Under the pieces are notes generated by a model. The model made no database searches, was not told the DNA's origin, and saw only the letters and a list, made by a program, of their open reading frames with translations. A stretch of 29,956 nt of DNA from positions 1 to 29,956 of the forward strand of contig DATEAO010000218.1 of assembly GCA_035288345.1 (NCBI GenBank), written 5' to 3'. The translations under genes were made by a program, and so were the position numbers. This document shows positions 1 to 7,951 of this stretch, piece after piece (position 1 is the stretch's first letter; each line of letters starts with the position of its first letter). The stretch is from Candidatus Methylomirabilota bacterium. Lineage in GTDB: Bacteria > Methylomirabilota > Methylomirabilia > Rokubacteriales > DATEAO01.

Positions 1-141
1 AGGGATTTGATTTTTCCCCTTCGTTCCCTCAATGCTGGTTTGATAAGTGGAATGTCTATTAAGTGAACTGCGACGGTCATCAGTCATTCCGGCGGCCTAT
101 CCCGGACAGCTCTGGTGATCCGTTAAAGTGGAATTGCTCGC

Positions 142-170
142 AATATCTCTCGGTTGGGATAACCTGTCAA
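142..170 (-). promoter_or_regulatory. Candidate sigma70 promoter reading out of the window's left end
   Basis: Minus strand TTGACA (165-170), 17-nt spacer, GATATT (142-147); the -10 match is weak. Confidence 0.3.
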
Positions 171-204
171 GCGCTGTTTGATCGGGAAATACTGCCGGTT
201 TGGC

Positions 205-258
205 GGCCTCGAGTAGGTGCGCGGCAAAGGAGTGGCGCAGGATGTTCCAAGGAGACGT
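205..258 (-). pseudogene. Tyrosine recombinase (XerD/IntI-like) remnant
   Basis: Translates TSPWNILRHSFAAHLLEA, matching the box II HxLRHSFATHLLE motif; the downstream LLGH and catalytic Tyr motifs are absent and the upstream sequence is not recombinase-like. Confidence 0.65.
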
Positions 259-447
259 TCCTCTGCCACCCAGGAGAGATGACATTGGCGATGCATACTC
301 CCTCCCCTCAATGGACTGATGGACCCGGAAGATGCGCTGCCACGTCGTGGTGAGCCAATTCGACATCCGTCCTGCCTGTGTGAACAAGTGCCCGGTGTAG
401 CTAACTTGATGCGGGCCGAATCCTGGCCGATTGTTCCCGCGAATTCA

Positions 448-507
448 GCCTAACATGCTCAGCCGCGCGCCGCTTTTTTGCGCGTCGGCTGCATGCGCTT
501 ATTCGGC
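448..507 (-). mobile_element. Degenerate attC integron-cassette recombination site
   Basis: GCCGAAT-AAGCG-CATGCAGC-CGACGCGC...GCGCGCG-GCTGAGC-AT-GTTAGGC (60 bp). Terminal GTTRRRY core, paired AGCCG/CGGCT and CGCGC/GCGCG arms, PNKRMQPT translation signature. R'' ends AAT instead of AAC and the right arm is 4 nt short. Confidence 0.65.
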
Positions 508-809
508 GGCGCCTGAGCTCGGGCCGAGCGGACGTTAGTCCCTGCGGCGCTGGACCTTGGGCGATGCGCCGGCGCCCCATGAAGCATCCCTTCGATGCTG
601 ATGTCCTCATCAATGTCAGGCCAATGGATTCCTTGGCCAGTGCCGATGAGACGGAAGTTCGCTCGCTGCGCGGGCGTCGCCGCGGACAGCCGCCATGACC
701 AGGCGAGCGGCACACTGACCACTCGGCCGTCCACCAGATGCGCGATAATCTCATCTTCGGTGACGCGCACTTCTTGAATGCGAGGATCGGTTCTAGCCGC
801 AGTGGTCAT
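459..809 (-). CDS. DUF2442-family protein (predicted toxin-antitoxin component)
   Basis: L.DGR.VSVPLAW..RL..AT..QR.NF.LIG.G.GIHWPDIDEDISIEG pattern; overlaps its DUF4160 partner by 17 bp; the C-terminus reads into the attC. Confidence 0.85.
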   Translation of the reverse strand: MTTAARTDPRIQEVRVTEDEIIAHLVDGRVVSVPLAWSWRLSAATPAQRANFRLIGTGQGIHWPDIDEDISIEGMLHGAPAHRPRSSAAGTNVRSARAQAPPNKRMQPTRKKAARG

Positions 810-1029
810 ACCATGCCTCCAGAATGGCCGTAAGATGGGTCCGGATGGTTTGACGAATCACATTCAACTCCCGAGCTCTAAATCCGTGGTTGCGGGCAAG
901 CCCAAGCGGTTCGAGCCAGAACTTGCAGGTCTTGGTCTCGCGCTCCACGTGGACATGTGGTGGTTCATTGCAGTCAAAGCTCGTGAAGAAAAAGCGGTGG
1001 GGCCCGGGAATCCCCTTTATCCGTGGCAT
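793..1029 (-). CDS. DUF4160-family protein (predicted toxin-antitoxin component)
   Basis: 78 aa with RFFF.S.D.NEPPHVHV and KFWL motifs; GGAG upstream; paired with DUF2442. Confidence 0.85.
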   Translation of the reverse strand: MPRIKGIPGPHRFFFTSFDCNEPPHVHVERETKTCKFWLEPLGLARNHGFRARELNVIRQTIRTHLTAILEAWYDHCG

Positions 1030-1066
1030 TCAGAACATCGCTCCATTGAGCCGTCCCGTGGCCATT

Positions 1067-1097
1067 AGCATACCACGAGGGCCAAGGTTCGCTGCAA
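1067..1097 (-). promoter_or_regulatory. Candidate extended -10 promoter of the TA pair
   Basis: TG-G-TATGCT (1067-1075) with TTGCAG 19 nt upstream of the -10 hexamer. Confidence 0.35.
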
Positions 1098-1120
1098 ACG
1101 TACCCACTCGAATACTCCCC

Positions 1121-2473
1121 TCATTCGTGCGGCTGCCACACGTTGCGGCAGTGGGTTTCGGTGACGAGGCAGGCGAGGATCAGCGCAACGAGGGCAGTGC
1201 CGAAGCAGACTGTGAAGGCGGCACGATACGCCTCGGGCGGGTAGATTCTCGCGCCTGCCGAGATGAGGCCGGTCCAGCCGGCGTCGAGAATCACTCCCAT
1301 CACCCACTGGAGCAGAGCGAAGGCCAGGAACATTGGCAGGTTGCAGAAGCCGATGGTGATCCCTACGCGCTCGGGGTCGTTGACCTCCCGGACGCAGGAC
1401 CAGACGAGGACGACCCCCGCTGACGCGAGCCCCATGATGAAGAAGACGATGGCCAGTTGCTCCATAGGCAGTCTGAAATCCGGGGGAAGGACGAGCGGCG
1501 TCCAGCAGAGGGCATAGATTGCGATCAGCGTGACGAACGGCAGCCGGCGTCGCCGACGCCAGCGGTCGGAGATCCACCCGACAACCGGGGCCCCAACGCC
1601 GAGGCCGATCGCGAGAAGTGAGATCACGTTGGCCGCCTGAATCCGGCTCAGCCCGTAGACCTGGGTGAGATAGGGAACGCCCCAGAGACCGAAGAACGCG
1701 ATGTAGCCCGCGTAAACGCCCGCTGACGCGAGAACGGGCGGCCACGTCCTCGGGTTCGCCATGATCGGTGGGATGCCACGCAAGACCTCGGGGAGAGAGA
1801 TCCCGGCCCTCCCCTGCCGCTCGGGGTTGATCGCGGGCAACCCCATCGCCTCCGGCTTGTCACGAATGAAGAACAAGGCGGCAAGCCCAAGCCCAAGGGT
1901 GACGGCGCCGATCAGCACGAACGTCTCGCGCCAGCCGATGCTCTCGACGAGAAGTGCGAGCGGCGTCGAGGCGACAAGTGCGCCGATGCTCCCTACGGTC
2001 TGCGTGGACCCGCTGATCGTGGCGAACTCGTCCGGTCGGAACCACTCGGCACTGAGGCTGAGCCAGGAGATGAGGATCACAGACGCGCCGAGTCCGACCA
2101 AGAGCCGTCCTCCGTGGGCAACGCCGAAGGTGGGCGCCAGACCGAAGAGTGCTGCGCCGAGTCCCATCGTCGTGGCGCCCAGCGCAAGTGTCAGCCGAGG
2201 CCCCAACGTGTCCGCCAGACTTCCAGCCACGAGCGCCATCGCGGCGAAGACGTAAGGGTAGATCGCGATCAGATTGCCGAGTGAGGCCGCGGTAATGGAG
2301 AAGGCCCGCATCAGGTCCGTGGCGACAACAGAGGGCGCGACCCGGTGAAAGTACGAAAAACAGTAGATCGAGGCCGGAACCAGCAGGATGAGCCAGCGGA
2401 CGCGCAGCGCCCGCCGGAGCGCAGGCGCGGTTTCAGAAATGGCTTCTCTCCGAGACCATGGTGCGTACGTCAA
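1121..2473 (-). CDS. MFS transporter (UhpC/GlpT-like, substrate unknown); start uncertain (TTG 2473 or ATT 2440)
   Basis: About 12 hydrophobic segments; motif A-like GSLADTLGPR and GWISDRWRRRR; SYFHRVAPSVV in TM1. Confidence 0.85.
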   Translation of the reverse strand: MTYAPWSRREAISETAPALRRALRVRWLILLVPASIYCFSYFHRVAPSVVATDLMRAFSITAASLGNLIAIYPYVFAAMALVAGSLADTLGPRLTLALGATTMGLGAALFGLAPTFGVAHGGRLLVGLGASVILISWLSLSAEWFRPDEFATISGSTQTVGSIGALVASTPLALLVESIGWRETFVLIGAVTLGLGLAALFFIRDKPEAMGLPAINPERQGRAGISLPEVLRGIPPIMANPRTWPPVLASAGVYAGYIAFFGLWGVPYLTQVYGLSRIQAANVISLLAIGLGVGAPVVGWISDRWRRRRRLPFVTLIAIYALCWTPLVLPPDFRLPMEQLAIVFFIMGLASAGVVLVWSCVREVNDPERVGITIGFCNLPMFLAFALLQWVMGVILDAGWTGLISAGARIYPPEAYRAAFTVCFGTALVALILACLVTETHCRNVWQPHE

Positions 2474-2543
2474 AGCTAACGAGGTCGCGCTTCAGTGTTA
2501 GCCTTTCGCCATCAGCCTTCGGCAGCCCGAACACTCTGTAAGG

Positions 2544-2688
2544 CAGGCTGTTCAAAAAGGTCCAGATGCAAGGCGGCGCCGTGCCTGCCGGCAGGCAGGA
2601 GGAAGTGAGGAGTGAGACGTACTCAGATGTACGTTGCAACGACGAGCGACGAAGCCAACGCCGCAGATGGGCCTTTTTCAACAGCCTG
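2544..2688. mobile_element. 145-bp MITE-like element
   Basis: 26-bp terminal inverted repeats CAGGCTGTTCAAAAAGGTCCAGATGC / GCAGATGGGCCTTTTTCAACAGCCTG (22/26); internal 16-bp perfect palindrome TGCCTGCCGGCAGGCA (2582-2597); abuts the glpX stop codon. Confidence 0.7.
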
Positions 2689-3690
2689 TCAGAACCTCAC
2701 CTTCACGTCCGGTCTGGGATCTACGTGAATGCTGTCGATGAAGCGGACGCGGTGCGGGTGCGTCTGCATGATCAGCGAGCTGGTGCGGGTACCGTCGCCG
2801 AAGAACCGGACGCCTTTCAGCAGGGTGCCGTCAGTCACGCCGGACGCGGCGAAGATGATCGTTTCGCCCGACGCCAGATCGCGGGCGCGGTACACTCGCT
2901 TCGTGTCTTTGATGCCCATCGTGTGGCAGCGCTCTTCGTGCTCCGGGTTGCTGACCACCAGGCGCGCGAAGATTTCGCCGTTGAGACAGCGCATCGCCGC
3001 CGCTGTCAGCACCCCTTCGGGAGCGCCACCGGTGCCCATCACCGCGTGCACGCCGCTGCCGGCCACCGCCGCGGCGATCCCCGCCGAAAGGTCGCCGTCC
3101 GAGATGAGCCGGATGCGCGCGCCGGTCGCGCGAATGTCGGCCACGAGCTTCTCGTGCCTCGGCCGGTCCAGCACGATGACGACCAGATCTTCCACCTTGC
3201 GGTCCAGGCGACGCGCAATCGCCTGCAGGTTGTCGGCCACCGGGGCGTCGAGACTGACGACGTCTTTCGAGCTGGGTCCGACGACCAGTTTCTCCATGTA
3301 GAGATCGGGCGCGTGCAGCAGTCCGTCGCGCGGCGAGGCGGCGAGCACGGCGATCGCGTTGGGCGACCCCGTGGCGCACAGGTTCGTGCCCTCAAGCGGA
3401 TCAACCGCGATATCGACCTGCGGCAGCCGTCCCCAGCCCGGTCCGCTGCCGGCGCGCGAGTTGGCTAGCCCCACCCTTTCGCCGATATACAGCATCGGCG
3501 CCTCGTCGCGCTCCCCTTCGCCGATGACGATCGTGCCGTCGATCGCCACTGAGTCCATCTCGCGCCGCATGGCCTCGACCGCGACCTGGTCCGACTTGTG
3601 ACGGTCACCCTGGCCCATCGTGTGCGCGCACGCGATAGCCGCCTGTTCGACGACCCGCAGAAACTCGAGTGAGAGATCAGAATCAATCAC
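2689..3690 (-). CDS. glpX: Class II fructose-1,6-bisphosphatase (GlpX)
   Basis: [35 protein letters not shown] motifs; start placed at GTG 3690 behind AAGGGGG. Confidence 0.95.
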   Translation of the reverse strand: MIDSDLSLEFLRVVEQAAIACAHTMGQGDRHKSDQVAVEAMRREMDSVAIDGTIVIGEGERDEAPMLYIGERVGLANSRAGSGPGWGRLPQVDIAVDPLEGTNLCATGSPNAIAVLAASPRDGLLHAPDLYMEKLVVGPSSKDVVSLDAPVADNLQAIARRLDRKVEDLVVIVLDRPRHEKLVADIRATGARIRLISDGDLSAGIAAAVAGSGVHAVMGTGGAPEGVLTAAAMRCLNGEIFARLVVSNPEHEERCHTMGIKDTKRVYRARDLASGETIIFAASGVTDGTLLKGVRFFGDGTRTSSLIMQTHPHRVRFIDSIHVDPRPDVKVRF

Positions 3691-4007
3691 AGTGGCCCCC
3701 TTGTTTGATTCCCATAGGGCTTCCCCACCCCCATGAGCCATTCTGAGGTCAGGCTTGACTGTCAATTTATCGCTTACTCCGCCGAGACACAAGTGCGATT
3801 ACATTGGCGATCCATGCTCCTTCCCCTCGCCTACGGAGTTATGGACTCAGAAGAGGCGCTGCCACATCGCAGCGGGCTAATTTTGACTCAGGCTGTCTTG
3901 CCTGAACAAGTCCCCTCCTTTTGAATCAGAGTGCGGGGATGGCGTGGCAGGCCGCGCCGAGTGTAAGAAGTCAAAAGGGTGAGAGTACAATTCCGGGATT
4001 GCCGATG

Positions 4008-4292
4008 TTAAGGCGTCCCCTTCGCGACTTCTTCTGCAATAAAGATCTCGGGTTTCTCGGCCACTCCTGCTTTCTCCATTTCCCGGGCCAATTCTGAGGA
4101 CCCGAGAAACTCCTTTGCCTTCGCCACGCTCTGCCACTCGAAGAAGAGGCACAGGTTGTTGGGTTCGTCGGAAACAGTCGCGATCTTGAATGCCACCTCT
4201 CCCCCGGCTCGACGCTTCGCGGCGAACCCATCGAAGACTCGCCTCCAGCCGTCGTAGTCCTTGACCTTGTGCCGAACGAAAACGTGTACCAT
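4008..4292 (-). CDS. Small dimeric alpha-beta barrel ('cyclase'/ABM-like) protein
   Basis: 94 aa, VRHKVKDYD.W..VFD and A..F..S.EL...M..AGV...P pattern; strong AGGAG RBS. Confidence 0.75.
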   Translation of the reverse strand: MVHVFVRHKVKDYDGWRRVFDGFAAKRRAGGEVAFKIATVSDEPNNLCLFFEWQSVAKAKEFLGSSELAREMEKAGVAEKPEIFIAEEVAKGTP

Positions 4293-4423
4293 GGTTTCTC
4301 TCCTTTCGTTTCACTAAGAGTAACGGTGGGGGTCGGGCTTGCATTACGACATGTGTGATTGCAAACATCTGCCTCCGTTCCGTTTTCTGCTCATAGGGGT
4401 TGGGCGAGTCTCGAATGTGTCTC

Positions 4424-4810
4424 CTACGCCTGCGGCTTGTAGGCAACACAGTCGATCTCGATCGCCGCCCGCAGCGCGAGCTCTGCGCGTCCAACGGTGA
4501 TCCGCGCAGGGACATCCTCGCCGACCACGCTCACGTACGCCTCATTCATCTCCGGAAAGGTCTTCATGTCGCGCAGAAAGACGTTGACCTTGACGACGTC
4601 ATTGAACGAGGCTCCGCATTCGCGCAGTATCGCTTCAATGTTGCGCAGCGCCTGAACCGTCTCGGGCCCGGTGCCTCCCCGGACAAGCTCCATGGTGTTG
4701 CGCATCGTGCCGAGTGTTCCCGAGACGAAGATGAAATCTCCCGCTATGGTGGCGTGACAGAACGCGGGCAGCCTCGCGAGGCCTTCAGCAACGATCCTCT
4801 TGACGCTCAT
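4424..4810 (-). CDS. ridA: RidA/YjgF/UK114 family imine deaminase
   Basis: IFVSG, VVKVNVFL.DM..F..MNE.Y, PARITV (catalytic Arg present), IEID. Confidence 0.88.
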   Translation of the reverse strand: MSVKRIVAEGLARLPAFCHATIAGDFIFVSGTLGTMRNTMELVRGGTGPETVQALRNIEAILRECGASFNDVVKVNVFLRDMKTFPEMNEAYVSVVGEDVPARITVGRAELALRAAIEIDCVAYKPQA

Positions 4811-4967
4811 GATCCACCAAGGCGCAGCGATCGCCTAAGGCGCAGCGCTCCGCCATCTCCATCCCGCCTGTCGTCGAACGGCATCGCGGTCAGCCGGTGG
4901 CGTGCTTGCGGAAGCCGCAAGTCAGCGAAGACAGCGGGCCTCGACCGCGTGACGGGCATCACGCGCG

Positions 4968-5426
4968 TTAACGCAGCCACGGATACCGGGCAACATCCTT
5001 GCCGGCGTAGTCGGGATCCAGATAGATGAAACAACGCTGGATAAGCCAGTCGCGGATCTCGAATACGTCGCACCACCGTCCAGCCCCCCACTCCGGCACG
5101 CCGGCGCGCCACGGTCCACCAATATGCTCACCGTGGCTTGTACCTTCACAGACGACCAAGTCGCCGCTCGAGAAGATCCAATTAAAGTGCGAGTAATGAT
5201 GAACGATGGACTTGATCGTACCCCCGACATCGCCGAACAGTTTGCCGATCTGGTCTTTGCCGGTTGCGAGACCCCACTTCGGGAAATACACCTGGGCATC
5301 GGTCGCGAACAGATCGAGGATCGAGCCGCCCGAGGATGTGACGCCGCCGTTGTCAAATGCCTTGAGATACTCCAGGGCAACTGACTTGCGCTGCTCGTCG
5401 GTCATGGTCAGCTTGGTGAGTGCCAT
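4968..5426 (-). CDS. SnoaL-like/NTF2-fold protein
   Basis: 152 aa; LFA.DA.VYFP, GDLVVCEG...G, RWCDVFEIRD..I.R..IYLDPD pattern; strong GGAGG RBS. Confidence 0.75.
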   Translation of the reverse strand: MALTKLTMTDEQRKSVALEYLKAFDNGGVTSSGGSILDLFATDAQVYFPKWGLATGKDQIGKLFGDVGGTIKSIVHHYSHFNWIFSSGDLVVCEGTSHGEHIGGPWRAGVPEWGAGRWCDVFEIRDWLIQRCFIYLDPDYAGKDVARYPWLR

Positions 5427-5569
5427 AGGACCCTCCTTCCTCAGGTTTTAAGGAGTGGATTGGTCGAACTTGGGGGGTGGTGCCCTCGCGTTTGTGGACC
5501 CCCATTTCCTACTAGGTTTGTCGTCCGTAGTCAACCGGTAATAACGGCGTGACTCGCGTGATCTCTCGA

Positions 5570-6874
5570 TCAGGGCGCGCGGAGGGCGCGACGGGCCGCG
5601 TCGAGTGTCTGGTCGATCTCTGGGGGGGTGTGGGCAACGGAAAGGAACAACGCTTCGAACTGTGATGGCGGAAGGAAGACCCCTTGAGTCAGCATGCCGT
5701 GGAAGAATGTTGCATAGCGTTGAGTGTCGGAGTGCTTGGCTGACGCGAGATCGGTTACGGCAGTGTCGGTGAAGAACAGGGTGAGCATAGAGCCGACACG
5801 ATTAAGGGTTGCAGGGACCCCGATCTCTTTGCAGAGTGACTCGATGCCTGTTTGGAGCTGCTCCCCGGACTGTTCAAGTCTCTGGTAGATCTCTGATCCG
5901 CGAAGCGCGCCGAGGGTCGCGAGCCCCGCAGCGACAGCTAAGGGATTCCCTGATAGCGTGCCGGCTTGGTAGACCGGGCCGAGGGGGGCGACCTCTTTCA
6001 TGAGATCGCGTCTGCCCCCATACGCGCCAACAGGAAGTCCCCCGCCAATGATCTTCCCAAGGCACGTGAGATCCGGCTGAATGTTGTACAGCGATTGCGC
6101 GCCGCCGTATCCGACCCTGAAGCCCGTGATCACCTCGTCAAAGATCAGGAGCGCGCCGGACCGCGTACACTCCACGCGGAGCGTTTGGAGAAACCCTGGG
6201 AGTGGTGGCACCACCCCCATGTTTCCAGCAATGGGCTCCACGATGACTGCTGCAATCCGAGATCCTTCAGCGCGGAAGAGCTGTTTTACCGCGTCTGCAT
6301 CGTTGTATGGAAGGGGTATTGTGAGCTGCGCGAGTGCGGCAGGCACCCCGCGGCTGTCCGGCAGCGAGAACGTGACGCCCCCAGATCCAGCTTTCACGAG
6401 CAGGCTGTCCGCATGGCCGTGATAGCAGCCGTCGAACTTAACAATCACGTCACGGCCCGTCGCCCCACGAGCGAGCCTGATCGCGCTCATCGCGGCCTCG
6501 GTCCCTGAGTTGACTAAGCGGACCATCTCGATCGATGGGAACGCGTCCACCAACAGCTGAGCCAGCTTCACCTCGTCGGCCGTGGGTGCCCCATAGCTGG
6601 TTCCCTTCGCCGCCGCAGCAGCCACAGCCTCGACCACCTGGCGGGGCGCGTGGCCGAGAATCAGCGGGCCCCAGGAGCCCACGTAATCAACGTAGCTCCG
6701 CCCATCCTCATCCCAGATCCGACATCCCTCCGCCCGGCTCACGAAAAACGGAGTGCCGCCAACCGCGCGGAACGCCCGCACCGGGCTGTTCACTCCGCCG
6801 GGGATGAGACGTTGGGCCGCCGCGAAAAGGGAATCAGAAGAGGCCACCGCTGGAGTGCTCCGGAGTGGGTTCAA
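5570..6874 (-). CDS. hemL: Glutamate-1-semialdehyde 2,1-aminomutase
   Basis: [49 protein letters not shown] (PLP Lys); the TTG start overlaps the upstream stop. Confidence 0.97.
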   Translation of the reverse strand: MNPLRSTPAVASSDSLFAAAQRLIPGGVNSPVRAFRAVGGTPFFVSRAEGCRIWDEDGRSYVDYVGSWGPLILGHAPRQVVEAVAAAAAKGTSYGAPTADEVKLAQLLVDAFPSIEMVRLVNSGTEAAMSAIRLARGATGRDVIVKFDGCYHGHADSLLVKAGSGGVTFSLPDSRGVPAALAQLTIPLPYNDADAVKQLFRAEGSRIAAVIVEPIAGNMGVVPPLPGFLQTLRVECTRSGALLIFDEVITGFRVGYGGAQSLYNIQPDLTCLGKIIGGGLPVGAYGGRRDLMKEVAPLGPVYQAGTLSGNPLAVAAGLATLGALRGSEIYQRLEQSGEQLQTGIESLCKEIGVPATLNRVGSMLTLFFTDTAVTDLASAKHSDTQRYATFFHGMLTQGVFLPPSQFEALFLSVAHTPPEIDQTLDAARRALRAP

Positions 6875-7335
6875 CGGTTGTTACGAGTTCCCAAGGGGAC
6901 AGGCATAAAGTCGTGGACGGCCGGGTCCCAGCGAAACGCGTTTATCTCCAGGGCCTTGCCGTCCTGCACCGAGCAGACCACGTAAGTGGCCGTGGGATAG
7001 CTCGGCTCACCGTCAATAAGCGCATTACGCTTGTCGGTCTCTGAGAAATACGCGCCCGCCTCGATGTGGGAGTGGTAGATCACCTTGACCTCATACCCGT
7101 CCGACTCCATCCGAGCCAGCCTCAGGAGATCCTGGGGCGAGATCATGTATGCGGTGCGAGCGTCCCGTGGATGGGCCGCAGGGTCCTGGGCGTGGAGCTC
7201 ATTTTGAATATTGCGGCACGGCAGAATCATGCGACCGTTTCCAGCGGCAGAAAGGATGACTCCACAACACTCGGCGGGATATTCCGCCTCAGCTTGACGG
7301 CGAATCTGCTCGGTCTCCTCTTCGGTCAGGATCAT
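6871..7335 (-). CDS. mec: JAMM/MPN+ metalloprotease (Mec+/QbsD-like)
   Basis: EYPAECCG and YHSH...AYFSETD JAMM motif; adjacent to a sulfur-carrier gene; start could instead be GTG 7341. Confidence 0.88.
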   Translation of the reverse strand: MILTEEETEQIRRQAEAEYPAECCGVILSAAGNGRMILPCRNIQNELHAQDPAAHPRDARTAYMISPQDLLRLARMESDGYEVKVIYHSHIEAGAYFSETDKRNALIDGEPSYPTATYVVCSVQDGKALEINAFRWDPAVHDFMPVPLGTRNNR

Positions 7336-7380
7336 CTCCACGAGACTCTTCTGTCAGACTTTATTGTTGACACCCCACTC

Positions 7381-7544
7381 GCGTCGTGGCGAGAAGCGAG
7401 CAGATCGAGGCCCGAGGGAGGAGGAACCCCGATGCGTATGCAGTATACGTTGAGGGGTTTCGACGACCGCTCTTCTCTGCTCGAGCGCCGGCTTTGCCGG
7501 CGCAAGCTCAAGAGCGCGGGCGTGGCGAAGCCCGGGTGCCCGCG
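7381..7544 (-). repeat. Composite REP-like element (family copy)
   Basis: Core 7431-7467 matches the reverse complement of 15313-15350 and resembles 2614-2652; 7482-7510 matches 27015-27043 at 27/29. Confidence 0.7.
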
Positions 7545-7562
7545 CTGCAATCAATGCGAAGC

Positions 7563-7856
7563 TTATCGCCACGGCGCGGAGCGTCCCCCGGCGATCGCCG
7601 GGATGATTGAGACCTCGTCGCCGTCCTTGAGCGGGGTGGCCAACCCCTGCAGCGCATCGATGGCTTCGTTGTTGACGTAGATGTTCACGTGATTGTGAAT
7701 CTCCCCGGCGTCATCTCTGACGAGCCCCTTCATCCCGCTGAAGCTCTTCTCCAGCTCATTCAAGAGCTGTTCCACGCTTGAGACATCCAGCTCCACCTTT
7801 GACTTGTCTTGTGTCACCCGCCGAAACGGGGTTGGGATATACACTGATACACCCAT
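7563..7856 (-). CDS. MoaD/ThiS/CysO-like ubiquitin-fold sulfur carrier with a C-terminal extension after GG
   Basis: V.VYIPTPFRR.T, NIYVN.E.I..LQGL.TPLKDGDEVSIIPAIAGG followed by RSAPWR; strong GGAGGAG RBS. Confidence 0.9.
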   Translation of the reverse strand: MGVSVYIPTPFRRVTQDKSKVELDVSSVEQLLNELEKSFSGMKGLVRDDAGEIHNHVNIYVNNEAIDALQGLATPLKDGDEVSIIPAIAGGRSAPWR

Positions 7857-7882
7857 CTTAGTTCTCCTCCTCTCTCAATGCT

Positions 7883-7950
7883 CCGGGGCCAGGGGCTAGG
7901 GGCCAGGGGTCCGCAGTCCTAGTCTCAGGCCCCTGGCCCCCGACCCCCGG
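7883..7950. repeat. 7-nt-period inverted-repeat hairpin (GGGGCCA type)
   Basis: ggggcca ggggcta ggggcca ggggtcc ... ggcccct ggccccc gaccccc; starts 2 nt after the cysK stop. Confidence 0.75.
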
Positions 7951-7951
7951 T

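Noticed and set aside
63-400. ORFs 63-353 (+), 97-387 (-) and 123-311 (-) as genes
   Set aside because: No recognisable product or RBS; only the short recombinase motif is credible
2475-2502. GCTAAC...GTTAGC inverted repeat as a second attC
   Set aside because: Only 28 bp with no L boxes, far below attC length
2433-2681. 82-aa ORF MKKAHLRR...
   Set aside because: It is a translation of the MITE-like element
3755-3765. TTGACTGTCAA palindrome as an FNR box or glpX -35
   Set aside because: 1-nt spacer instead of FNR's 4; no acceptable -10 at 16-18 nt
4905-4921. CTTGCGG-AAG-CCGCAAG hairpin as a terminator
   Set aside because: No U-tract on either strand and no other copy seen
7354-7610. Short ORFs between the sulfur carrier and mec
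   Set aside because: They overlie the REP composite and have repeat-like composition
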